A stretch of 34,398 nucleotides of DNA from Octopus bimaculoides (lineage: Eukaryota). The notes beneath the pieces are model-generated. The model did not search any database, had not been told where the DNA came from, and was given only the letters and a program-made list of their open reading frames with translations. This document shows positions 10,220 through 20,670 of this stretch, in pieces; position 1 is the stretch's first letter; the number at the start of each line of letters is the position of its first letter. Location of the stretch: NCBI RefSeq assembly GCF_001194135.2, contig NC_068984.1, positions 10,255,431 through 10,289,828 of the forward strand, written 5' to 3'. The translations under genes were made by a program, and so were the position numbers.

Positions 10220-11514
10220 NNNNNNNNNNNNNNNNNNNNNNNNNNNNNNNNNNNNNNNNNNNNNNNNNNNNNNNNNNNNNNNNNNNNNNNNNNNNNNNNN
10301 NNNNNNNNNNNNNNNNNNNNNNNNNNNNNNNNNNNNNNNNNNNNNNNNNNNNNNNNNNNNNNNNNNNNNNNNNNNNNNNNNNNNNNNNNNNNNNNNNNNN
10401 NNNNNNNNNNNNNNNNNNNNNNNNNNNNNNNNNNNNNNNNNNNNNNNNNNNNNNNNNNNNNNNNNNNNNNNNNNNNNNNNNNNNNNNNNNNNNNNNNNNN
10501 NNNNNNNNNNNNNNNNNNNNNNNNNNNNNNNNNNNNNNNNNNNNNNNNNNNNNNNNNNNNNNNNNNNNNNNNNNNNNNNNNNNNNNNNNNNNNNNNNNNN
10601 NNNNNNNNNNNNNNNNNNNNNNNNNNNNNNNNNNNNNNNNNNNNNNNNNNNNNNNNNNNNNNNNNNNNNNNNNNNNNNNNNNNNNNNNNNNNNNNNNNNN
10701 NNNNNNNNNNNNNNNNNNNNNNNNNNNNNNNNNNNNNNNNNNNNNNNNNNNNNNNNNNNNNNNNNNNNNNNNNNNNNNNNNNNNNNNNNNNNNNNNNNNN
10801 NNNNNNNNNNNNNNNNNNNNNNNNNNNNNNNNNNNNNNNNNNNNNNNNNNNNNNNNNNNNNNNNNNNNNNNNNNNNNNNNNNNNNNNNNNNNNNNNNNNN
10901 NNNNNNNNNNNNNNNNNNNNNNNNNNNNNNNNNNNNNNNNNNNNNNNNNNNNNNNNNNNNNNNNNNNNNNNNNNNNNNNNNNNNNNNNNNNNNNNNNNNN
11001 NNNNNNNNNNNNNNNNNNNNNNNNNNNNNNNNNNNNNNNNNNNNNNNNNNNNNNNNNNNNNNNNNNNNNNNNNNNNNNNNNNNNNNNNNNNNNNNNNNNN
11101 NNNNNNNNNNNNNNNNNNNNNNNNNNNNNNNNNNNNNNNNNNNNNNNNNNNNNNNNNNNNNNNNNNNNNNNNNNTATATATATATATATATATATATATA
11201 TTCAGAGATAATTATAGATGCATACATATACAGAAATAATAAACACATATATATCGATCTCTTATCTCCAGATAATAAACTTGTCCTTTTCCTGATAGCA
11301 AGTCAGTTTTGGAGAATTATTGATTCTTGAGATTATCTCTCTTCTCAAGTGAAACAGGTTTTAATCGCCATTTGGTTCGCGGAAATAATTTTAATAGATC
11401 AAGAATTCATGTATGGTATTTGATATACGCGTATTTCTCTATATGTTCTATATGTCTGTGTATGCGTGTGTATATACATATGTGTGTATACACACACACA
11501 CACACAAACATGTA

Positions 11515-11580
11515 TGTATGTAGGTAGGTAGGTATGCTGGTAGGTAGATAGATAGGTAGGTAGGTGGGTAGATAGGTATG

Positions 11581-11611
<31 letters not shown>

Positions 11612-11612
11612 G

Positions 11613-11643
<31 letters not shown>

Positions 11644-11644
11644 G

Positions 11645-11693
<49 letters not shown>
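11515..11693. repeat. (TAGG)/(TATG)/(TAGA)n tetranucleotide array
   Basis: Direct reading of the sequence. Confidence 0.9.
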
Positions 11694-11695
<2 letters not shown>

Positions 11696-12586
11696 TGCTA
11701 TATATATAATATATGAAACTATACATTTACAGACTGTGTGAGATTGGTTATATGCAGCAGTCTCTTTCCATGTTAAATTCATCGCTTTGATATTCCCGCC
11801 ACCTGGAGGATTATCTTAAGCTGTCCAGCTTACAAAGAAAGCCCATTACGAGCATCTTCCCAAACATAATATACATTGAGATGGTTGCTCCATGTAGGTG
11901 TGTTTTAATTTTAATTTCCGGTTATTAATTATTTTCATTCACAAATTAATATGAAACCGTTGGAACCGACTGGAAAGTTGATTTCCGGAAGATACTTGTT
12001 CGATCAATGAAAGAATAAATCCCAGACTAACAGAACATTAAGACCATTACCTTGCATGGATTTTTCTTTCTCTTTTCTTTCTCGTAAGAAATGTCGATTT
12101 GTCATTTCCGTTTATCTCCCTTATCAAAGTGGTTTCCATTAACTATTTGAAAAATCTTTTAGGTCAAATCATTCATTTCGGCTTTGGTTAAAATTCTATA
12201 AAGCTGTCCAGGTCAATATGTTCCTTTAAGATTTGTTTTCTTTGATTTACACATAAGATAATGTTTTTCTTTTGTTCTTTCGCAGAAGCGTTTCTTTCTT
12301 TTATCAAACCCTCAGATCGATGAAAGAATAAATTGACGTAGACAGTATTTGAACTCATACGTGCAATCATATATTCTGGTGCTCTGCGATTTCTACCAAT
12401 TTAGAGATTTAACGTATTTGGCAACATAAAAGACGCATGGGTATACTAGACGCATCCCAATATCAGCTGCGCAGTTTCAGGAAAATAAATTTCAGTGCAT
12501 TAAACCATGTAATATTTGAAGTAGTTTAACAGTATATTACAAGACATTACAAAAGTATTATAGTTATTGCACAAAACATCAATGTA

Positions 12587-13074
12587 CCGTAAATCCTCGA
12601 GTATAGTCTGCCCTTGAGTATAATACGCAGGGGATTTTTAGGGGACTGTATCTTTGAAAAACCTAAACCTTGTGTATAATATGCACCCCTTCTCTAACTT
12701 GAGTCAAGGAGGTCGATATAACGTCCTTGGTTTATAAACATATATACGGTAACATCCTTTATTATTATTGTATATATAACATAATGCAAACGTGTAACTT
12801 TTTTGTGCACATTGTTTGCAGAAAATAAAGAAATAACAGTAATAACGTCAGTGAAAAATAAATATTAAATAAATTGCCTTTACATATTTATCACTATCAG
12901 TTACAAGCCCGACATCACAAAATGCGTCTGAATGAACATTGCCGGACAGAAAATAGAGACTCGGACATTGCTTAGAAAATATTTTTCATTTTTAACCGTG
13001 TATATAGTACGCACTAGGGATTTTGACGAATAAATTTTGGGAAAAAAATGCGGATTATACTCGTGGATTTACGG
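12587..13074. mobile_element. Tc1/mariner-superfamily (Tc2/pogo-like) MITE
   Basis: Left end TA|CCGTAAATCCTCGAGTATAGTCTGC; reverse complement of the right end TA|CCGTAAATCCACGAGTATAATCCGC (about 25-bp TIR, 3 mismatches). TA at 12585-86 and 13075-76. Confidence 0.85.
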
Positions 13075-13554
13075 TATTTAGAAAGTAAGTTAGTAATAGA
13101 GATAAACATAAGACAAGAAATCGTGATGATGAAAATATCTTACTAGATTAGAATAATAAAACATACAAGAATAAAACAACGAAGTAGAGTACATTTTATA
13201 AAAAGCAAGCTTCCTCTACAATTAAACATGAACCAAAACTCAAGGGACTATCTGGATTAAAATTAGCATATAGCAGTGACGGTCCGGAAAAGCTTACCTT
13301 ATGGGAGGCCCAATTTCGTGTAAAAGACTAAGGGTGATTTTTTGGTAACATCTCTTATGGGCCATCAGGTACCGTTATCAATTTTTTTGCTGTGGAACTG
13401 GGAGTATAGTTGACTGAATCTAACTAGGATTTCACAAATGTGTGTGAATGGGTGATTATAATTGATGCAATCTAATCAGTAATTAACACTAACAAACAAA
13501 TGAGTATAATGGATGGAATCAACTAAATTGATAAGAAGGTGGACTTGCTCTTCG

Positions 13555-13680
13555 TAGTTATTCGAACTGTTATAAATAGCAGCAAAATCTCCCTCAAGTC
13601 ACGCCCTATCGTCTGAAAATAAGACACACGTGGTTGTAGCTTTGCTCATGTGGGACTAAAATAAGAGGCTAAACAACAAC
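13555..13680 (-). mobile_element. fragment of a further dispersed repeat (family D, SINE-tail-like)
   Basis: The reverse complement GATAGGGCGTGACTTGAGGGAGATTTTGCTGCTATTT resembles 23440-23480 (GTAGGGTGTGATGTGAAAGACATTTGGCTGCTATTTC) and 28010-28030. Confidence 0.45.
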
Positions 13681-13686
13681 AAAAAC

Positions 13687-13701
13687 TAGTAGTAGTAGTA
13701 A

Positions 13702-13737
<36 letters not shown>

Positions 13738-13765
13738 CCGTCGTCGTCGTAGTAGTAGTAGTTGT
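13687..13765. repeat. (TAG)n microsatellite
   Basis: Direct reading of the sequence. Confidence 0.9.
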
Positions 13766-14334
13766 AGATTTTCAAACTCAGAACAGAAAGAAAACGAGAA
13801 GGAAGATAGTGAAAAAGTTATTCTAGCCATCAACTGCTTTTGGTAGCATTACCCTTTCTCGAAAACTGGACCGTTTTGCAATGTTTTTCTTAACTTCAAC
13901 CAAGAATTACGCATTTTTTAAAGAGGAAAGCGAAATACAATGGTTAAATGTGTTCATTACGTTTGACCAGACATGGAAAGCTACGAACTCAGAGCATCGA
14001 AAGGAGAGCCTAGAAAAATATAATTCGTTTTTAACGGTTGAGCTCGAAGTAGAAAGGCTACAAATGATCGTCTATAAATATTGGTAGAAAAAACCCGTTT
14101 GGATAGAAACATTCAAAGGCTGCCAATGGGACTTCGAATTTAGGTTTTATAATTTATACCAATGTTATCTACAGCATTTCTACTTCGATTTTAACAGTTA
14201 AGAGTGAAGTATTTCACGTTCTGTCGAAGTTTCTGAATTCTTATGACGTCAACAGCATTGGAAAAAAATATATTTTGTTCAACTCAACTGTTTTTGCGAA
14301 CTCGTCCTCACATAAAAATTCCTAAATATCGATT

Positions 14335-14410
14335 ACTTTGCTTATTTTATCGATGTCAGAGGAATGAAAAGTAAAGTCAGCTCATATTTGATTGGATGAC
14401 AGAAACATAA
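14335..14410 (-). mobile_element. degenerate SINE family C fragment
   Basis: CTTATTTTATCGATGTCAGAGGAATGAAAAGTAAAGTC resembles the reverse complement of the family C central domain. Confidence 0.45.
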
Positions 14411-14904
14411 CGCCCTGCAGTTATCGTAAAAAACTAATCTGATGTTGCATCCTTTTACTTAAACACACCTTACTCTAAGTATTTGAAATATTGATTTCTT
14501 TTTAACCAAAGCACATATCTCCTCCAATTTATAGAAGGCTAAAAAGAGGACTATAATATTTGCGTATTTCAAACACATCCCGGTTACTACATAGCAAAAA
14601 GTAAGCTCGGTCTATGTGGGACTTCGATTTTCAGTTAATGGTAGTTCACTTTTCTCATAAAGATAGGGAAGTCGATTGAATCTTTTCTTGAGAGATTATG
14701 CAGGTGTAGTCAGCCGCACAAATAAAATTCGGTACTTTCCTATTGTCAACAGCCAATTCTTTTATTTAGTAAAGAATTAGCAAATAAACTATTACACTCA
14801 TTAGAAAGGTGCAACAGTTGATCGTCGGACTTTCGAAATAAGCTATCACTCCTTCGTGGAGAAAGAAGAGAGCAAGGAATTGCGTGGTTGTTAAATAGTT
14901 TTAA

Positions 14905-14948
14905 ATCGTTAGCACCCCGGGCGAAATGCTTACCGGTATTTCGTCTGT
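14905..14948 (+). mobile_element. SINE family C head fragment
   Basis: AATCGTTAGCACCCCGGGCGAAATGCTTACCGGTATTTCGTCTG matches 8885-8930. Confidence 0.7.
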
Positions 14949-14957
14949 TTTGTTTAT

Positions 14958-15326
14958 AGGCGCAAGAGTGGCTGTGTGGTAAGTAGCTTGCTTACCAACC
15001 ATATGCTTTCGGGTTTAGTCCCACTTCGTGGCACCTTGGACAAGTGTCTCCTACTATAGCCTCGGGCCGACCAAAGTCTTGTGAGTGGATTTGGTAGACG
15101 GAAACTGAAAGAAGCCCGTCGTATATATGTATGTGTGTGTATATGTTTGTGTGTCTGTGTTTGTCCCCGCAACATCGCTTGACAACCGATGCTGGAGTGT
15201 TTAAGTCCCCGTAACTTAGCGGTTCGGCAAAAGAGACCGATAGAATAAGTACTAGGCTTACAAAGAATAAGTCTCGGAGTCGATTTGCTCGACTAAAGGC
15301 GGTTTCCAGCATGGCCGCAGTCTGAA
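14958..15326 (+). mobile_element. tRNA-derived SINE, family B (CORE-like segment, internal TA/TG microsatellite)
   Basis: AGGCGCAAGAGTGGCTGTGTGGTAAG head, GGTTTAGTCCC B-box-like, GGCACCTTGGACAAGTGTCT CORE-like segment, 3' end CCAGCATGGCCGCAGTC. Confidence 0.9.
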
Positions 15327-15866
15327 AAAATATCCTTTAGTAAATTACTCTAAGCAACAAAGAATTTGTTACAGAAGACCAAAGAGATGTTCCTAGCTAA
15401 TTTCGGTTGATTTCAAATCTGTAATTAGTTTTTCTTGCTTTACGTCTAGATTTTCTGTAAAATGGAAATAACTTCGTAAAATTTCATACAACGCCTAAAT
15501 TTCGGAATTAATCGACTTAATGCCAGGAATATGAAACTTGCTTTTCAAGGTTAAAGCAGTTTTTGTTTGCCAACTTTATACAAATTCTAACGATGTAGCA
15601 TGCTATCGGCCCAACGGTCAGTCGCTACGTGACAGACAAGTACAGCAGATATTGAAGCTCTCTGCTGGTAAGGAATAAACGGGCTGTGGTAACTTGTGTT
15701 TTATAGCATTTATACTGTACTACGATGCGTATTTCTTTTTATTTTGTACATCGTAATTATTGCTTTCTACGTGTTTTTTCCAGTTATTGTGTGGTAATTA
15801 AAATGCAATCAAACAGATGTGCTTCTGTAAATCCCCCAGACAACTTCTGCTATAAATGTGGACAAT

Positions 15867-16251
15867 CTTCTTTGGCACTCCGTCGCTTACGACGTCGAGG
15901 GCTCTAGTGGATCCGATCAATGGAACAGCCTGCTCGTGAAATTAACGTGCAAGTGGCTGAGCACTCCACAGACACGTGTACCCTTAACGTAGTTCTCGGG
16001 GATATTCAGCGTGACCCAGTGTGACAAGGCTGACCCTTTGAATTACAGGCACAACAGAAACAGGAAGTAAGAGTGAGAGAAAGTTGTGGTGAAAGCGTAC
16101 AGCAGGGTTCGTCACCATCCCCTGCCGGAGCTTCGTGGAGCTTTAGGTGTTTTCGCTCAATAAACACTCACAACGCCCGGTCTGAGAATCGAAACCGCGA
16201 TCGTTTGACCGCGAGTCCGCTGCCCTAACCACTGGGCTATTGCGCCTCCAC
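15867..16251 (-). mobile_element. tRNA-derived SINE, family A (subtype A2), full length, 13-bp TSD
   Basis: TSD AAATGTGGACAAT at 15854-15866 and 16252-16264. Head (reverse complement) GTGGAGGCGCAATAGCCCAGTGGTTAGGG..GGTTTCGATTC. Confidence 0.95.
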
Positions 16252-16890
16252 AAATGTGGACAATATACACCCACTAAGCTACAACGTAGAAACATAATAA
16301 CAAAAATTAAACTTGCCGACAAGTATTATTTTGACTGTAAGTTGGGAGAGCAAAAGAGGAACTGGGTACCAGATATTTGCTGAATGGTAAAATAAAAGCT
16401 ATGCTGTTCTCAATCCCCATGGTTTAGTGTGAGCCGAAAATTCACATCAGTGACTTATTTTTGTTTGACAGAGATTGCTGGTTTCACAAAGAAAACCAAA
16501 TAAAAAGTCATGTACCCAAACTGCGAGTCAGCAATAAAACGAGTCCCACAGGAGGAAACAAATCCGTCATCAGTTCTTCTACCAGCAACAATAACAGACA
16601 GTAGTTCATCTGAAGATTCTGCTAGTGATATAGAAATAAGGAAAGATGGCTTATATGTTCCAGATGCAACTAGTTCCCCACATTTGTTAAGTCAAGCGGA
16701 GTTAAATGATTTAGTTCGCGAGTTGGAAAGACCAAAAGAAAAGGCAGTGTTACTTGGTTCAAGACTTCAAGAATGGGATTTTCTCCGGCCAAATACCAAA
16801 GATTCCTTTTTCCATCATCGCCATTTACAGCTTTCATTATTTTACTTACAGGAGGAAAATGTTTGTTTCTGCCGTGATATCAGTGGCTTG

Positions 16891-17280
16891 GTGGAGGCGC
16901 AATGGCCCAGTGGTTAGGGCAGCGGACTCGCGGTCATAGGATCGCGGTTTCGATTCCCAGACCGGGCGTTGTGACTGTTTATTGAACGAAAACACTTAAA
17001 GCTCCACGAGGCTCTGGCAGGGGATGGTGGCGAATCCTGCTGTAATCTTTCACCCCAACTTTCTCTCACTCTTACTTCCTGTTTCTGTTGTGCCTGTAAT
17101 TCAAAGGGTCAGCCTTGTCACACTGTGTCACGCTGAATATCCCCGAGGACTACGTTAAGGGTACACGTGTCTGTGGAGTGCTCAGCCACTTGCACGTTAA
17201 TTTCACGAGCAGGCTGTTCCGTTGATCGGATCAACTGGAACCCTCGACGTCGTAAGCGACGGAGTGCCAACAACAACAAC
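16891..17280 (+). mobile_element. tRNA-derived SINE, family A (subtype A2), full length, 10-bp TSD
   Basis: TSD CAGTGGCTTG at 16881-16890 and 17281-17290; (CAA)n tail; A box TGGCCCAGTGG, B box GGTTTCGATTCC. Confidence 0.95.
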
Positions 17281-17598
17281 CAGTGGCTTGATGGAAAGGA
17301 TTGACTTTTGCAATAATCCAAAAGAATGGAGACTGTTCACTGACTCTAGTAAAGCTAGCCTTAAAACTGTATAACTGCACGATAGCAATGAAAAACATTC
17401 ACCTCTGTTCACTAATTATTTAAGTATGCTTGACATAAAACGTGGCATGGAAAAGTAGCTTAGAAGCAGGTGAGAAAAAAATGGAAAATAGAGGTTTCCG
17501 GTTATATAGAATCTGGACGTGATAGAGAAATTTAGATATCAGATCTGAAATTAGCATCAGAAATATAGTAGGAATCAGTAGTTTACGTGTCTGTAACA

Positions 17599-17600
<2 letters not shown>

Positions 17601-17640
<40 letters not shown>
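17601..17640. repeat. poly(A)40
   Basis: Direct reading; sits at the right TIR of the Chapaev3 fossil. Confidence 0.9.
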
Positions 17641-17642
<2 letters not shown>

Positions 17643-17820
17643 AGAAAATTGGTACCTTGTATTATAAATCGGTTGCCGAAATAGGAAAGGTCTAAAATTC
17701 TTCTTTAGTGAAAAACTTCCATCTTAGCAAGCATACATTTGTGTTTAATTTTATCAAATTATTTAATGTAGTTTGTGGAAGTTAGAATCGATCTTCACAT
17801 TATAGTAATTTATCATATAC

Positions 17821-18219
17821 AGGTGCAGGAGTGGCTGTGTGGTAAGTAGCTTGCTTACCAACGACATGGTTCTGGGTTCAGTTCTACTGCGTGGCACCTT
17901 GGGCAAGTGACTTCTACTATAACCTCGGGCTGACCAAAGCCTTGTGAGTGGATTTGGTAGAGGGAAACTAAGAGAAGCCCGTCGTATATATATATATATA
18001 TATATATATGTTTGTGTCTGTGTTTGTCCCCCCAACATCGCTTGACAACCGATGCTGGTGTGTTTACCCCCCCGTAACTTAGCGGTTCGGCAAGAGAGAC
18101 CGATAGAATAAGTACTAGGCTTCCAAAGAATAAGTCCTGGGAGGTCGATTTGCTCGACTAAAGGCGCTGCTCCAGCATGGCCGCAGTCAAATGATTGAAA
18201 TAAATAAAAGAATAAAAGA
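17821..18219 (+). mobile_element. SINE family B, full length
   Basis: Same architecture as 14958-15326; ends in a TAAAAGAATAAAAGA tail. Confidence 0.9.
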
Positions 18220-18530
18220 CCAATATATATACAAACGCGAGGAACGGCAGTAGTTGTAATATTTTGTCTCAGAGGAACTTCTTAAAGAGAGGCTTTTGTG
18301 TTAAAAACTCAGGAGTTCGTTCAGAAAGCCGGTGGATCTCTAGACACTGATTTTCAACATTATTTCGACTCTTCAGTGATAATACATCGGATGTTCGAAT
18401 CCAAATAGAAAATACTTGTTCCGATATAAAAATCAGTAAACAAAACATTTACTGATTTGTGTAAAAGTTTGCCAAACAAGAATTAAATTAATATACACAC
18501 GTCATACAGCCTTAGATTAAAATAATTTTT

Positions 18531-18945
18531 CTCTTTTACCCTTTTACTCTTTTACTTGTTTCAGTCATTTGACTGTGGCCATGCTGGAGCACCACCTTTA
18601 GTCGAGCAAATCGATCCCAGGACTTATTATTTGTAAGACTAGTACTGATTCTATCGGTGTCTCTTTTGCCGAACCACTAAGTTACGAGGACGTAAATACA
18701 CAGCATCGGTTGTCAAGCGATGTTGGGGGGACAAACACAGACACACACACACACATACATATATATGTATATACATATATACGACGGGCTTCTTTCAGTT
18801 TCCGTCTACCAAATCCACTCACAAGGCTTTGGTCGGCCCGAGGCTATAGTTGAAGACACTTGCCCAAGGTGCCATGCAGTGGGACTGAACCCGGAACCAT
18901 GTGGTTGGTAAGCAAGCTACTTACCACACAGCCACTCCTGCGCCT
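18531..18945 (-). mobile_element. SINE family B, full length (inverted relative to 17821-18219)
   Basis: The reverse complement matches family B from AGGCGCAGGAGTGGC to the (GTAAAAGA)n tail. Confidence 0.9.
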
Positions 18946-19425
18946 ACTTTGAGAAATTTCTGAAACAAAATATTGCAGTTAGAGCCGTCCCACGTTTATA
19001 TACACACACCACAAATGTTATACAAACTGGTATTTAAATCTAAGGTCGCTTTAAGTATGGATGTCAATTTAAAGATTTTATTGTAGAAATTTTCTTGTAA
19101 CTATTCATTATTCTTCGCGAAAAATTTTAACGATTGTTTCGTCGAAAAACAGTGTCCAGTCCAGACTATAATTTATCTTATTGCATCTACCAAATTTCTT
19201 CAGAGGAAGAAATGTCCACTATAATAACAGGGTGGCTCACAAATATGTTCTATATTCGAAAGATGTTCAAACTGATAGGTGTAATATCAAGATATGAAGA
19301 AACAATTCCTGGGATTCAAAGAAATTCTGTGTTCTGCTTCAAGAAAACGGCGGAAGTGAAGATGTTTTTTGTAATCAATTATCTTTTAAATCTTGCTTGT
19401 TTCATACTGTTCTATATTTAAGAGA

Positions 19426-19621
19426 TGTTTGTTGTTAACACAACGTTTCGGCTGATACACCCTCCAGCCTTCATCGGGTGTCTTGGAGAAATTTCGAACT
19501 TGGGTTCTCATTCCTAAGGTATTTTTCGATGTTATTATTATTATGATTATAATTATTATTATTATTATTATTCAGGTCACTGCTTGGAATCAAACTTGGA
19601 ATCTTGGAGTTAGTAGCCCGC
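19426..19621 (-). mobile_element. tRNA-headed, hammerhead-tailed SINE-like element, left arm of a palindromic dimer
   Basis: Reverse complement: GCGGGCTACTAACTCCAAGATTCCAAGTTTGATTCC (anticodon-arm-like hairpin plus B-box-like), then AAT repeat, body, and GACAC-CCGAUGA-A-GGCUG-loop-CAGCC-GAAA-CG-UU-GUGUU. Confidence 0.75.
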
Positions 19622-19662
19622 GTTCGATTCCACGCAGTGACCTGAATAATATTAATAATAAC

Positions 19663-19696
<34 letters not shown>

Positions 19697-19806
19697 TCGA
19701 AAAATACCTTAGGAATGAGAACCCAAGTCCGAAATTTCTCCTTAGACACCTGATGAAGGCTGGAGGGTATATCAGCTGAAACATTGTGTTAACAACAAAC
19801 AAGATG
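19622..19806 (+). mobile_element. tRNA-headed, hammerhead-tailed SINE-like element, right arm of a palindromic dimer
   Basis: Begins at the B box GTTCGATTCC, then (AAT)n, body, and the hammerhead at 19745-19790. Confidence 0.75.
19745..19790 (+). ncRNA. minimal type I hammerhead ribozyme motif
   Basis: GACAC-CUGAUGA-A-GGCUG(GAGGGUAUAU)CAGCU-GAAA-CA-UU-GUGUU. The core is intact; stem III carries G-to-A versus the left-arm copy. Confidence 0.65.
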
Positions 19807-19810
19807 GGGA

Positions 19811-19988
19811 CAGAGTGTAACAGGGCTGCCCTTTGAAATACAAGTACAACTCATTTTTGCCAGCTGAGTGGACTGGAGCAAAGTGAAATAAAGTGTCTTG
19901 CTCAAGGACACAACGTGTCACCGGGAATTGAACTCACGATCTTACGATGGTGAGCAGAATGCCCTACCCTCTAAGCCACGCGCCTTCA
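19811..19988 (-). mobile_element. SINE family A subtype A1, 3'-truncated
   Basis: Matches 165-347 (CAACTCATTTTTGCCAGCTGAGTG..GGGAATTGAACTCA..CGCGCCTTCA). Confidence 0.85.
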
Positions 19989-20113
19989 CTGTATGTATGT
20001 ATATATATATACACACACATATATATATACATATACATACATATATTTGTATACANNNNNNNNNNTCTGATCGTTAGTAAGGAAGACACACAAATAAGAA
20101 AGAAGAAAGTAGA

Positions 20114-20158
20114 GGACCACTGATGAGGTCACAGAAGTGTGACGAAAGAACTCTGGCC
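20114..20158 (+). ncRNA. minimal type I hammerhead ribozyme motif, intact core
   Basis: GGACCA-CUGAUGA-G-GUCAC(AGAAGU)GUGAC-GAAA-G(AA)C-UC-UGGCC. Confidence 0.7.
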
Positions 20159-20289
20159 GAAATACGATGTATATATATATATATGTATATATATATAGAT
20201 TGTGCTTGATGACTGCTCTGTACTAATCTATGATGCTATTACAATATTCACAAATATCCCGACCCTCCCAGACATCTTATCCCCAACAC

Positions 20290-20500
20290 GCGTGTGTTTG
20301 TATGTGTGTCTTTGTGTTCGTGTTTCCTTACACTGTTTGACAACCGGTGCTGGTTTGTTTATGCTTCTGTAATATTAGCTGTTCGTAAAACCTAAAAATT
20401 ATACGAATATGCGCTAGGGGACGATGTGACCGATTAAAACTCTTCGATGTCGTGCTCCGGCATGGCCGTTGTCCAATCTCTGAAACGTGTAAAAGAGTAA
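20290..20500 (+). mobile_element. degenerate SINE family B 3' half
   Basis: TTTGACAACCGGTGCTGG..GTGCTCCGGCATGGCCG..CTGAAACGTGTAAAAGAG. Confidence 0.65.
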
Positions 20501-20539
20501 CGAAACACCTTCGTTTCCTCGTAAAGTGATTTTGACTTA

Positions 20540-20630
20540 TCCTCTCTCTCTCTTTCTCTCCCTTTCTCTTATTCCCCTTTCCCTCTGCTCCTCCTCCTCT
20601 TCATTCTCCGCGTTCTCCTTTGTTCCTTCT

Positions 20631-20664
<34 letters not shown>

Positions 20665-20670
20665 GCTCTC
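20540..20670. repeat. (CT)-rich pyrimidine tract
   Basis: Direct reading of the sequence. Confidence 0.8.

Larger units (their letters stand above)
15348..17600 (+). mobile_element. Chapaev3-type (CMC) DNA transposon fossil, internally deleted, interrupted by two SINEs
   Basis: After removing the SINEs the translation reads MQSNRCASVNPPDNFCYKCGQYT..QRRNI..KYYFDCKLGEQKRNWVPDIC / LNGK.KAM.FSIPMV*.EPK.H.SD.YFCLT.IAGF..K.K..VMYPNCESAIKRVP / PHLLSQAELNDLVRELERPKEKAVLLGSRLQEW / VCFCRDISGLME..NPKEWRLFTDSSKASLKTV*LH. Imperfect TIRs at 15348-15460 and 17500-17600 (TTGTTACAGA..TTCCTA..ACGTC.AGATT). Confidence 0.85.

Noticed and set aside
16510-16917. 135-aa ORF as a host gene
   Set aside because: It is a piece of the broken Chapaev3 transposase, and its end runs into the SINE.
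16891-16970. tRNA gene (and similar heads at 290-347, 8867, 14958, 17821)
   Set aside because: These are SINE heads with A/B boxes continuing into SINE bodies with TSDs or tails; there is no complete acceptor stem.
18360-18385. CUGAAGA-GUC-GAAA on the minus strand
   Set aside because: No room for stem II and no stem I or III pairing; likely chance.
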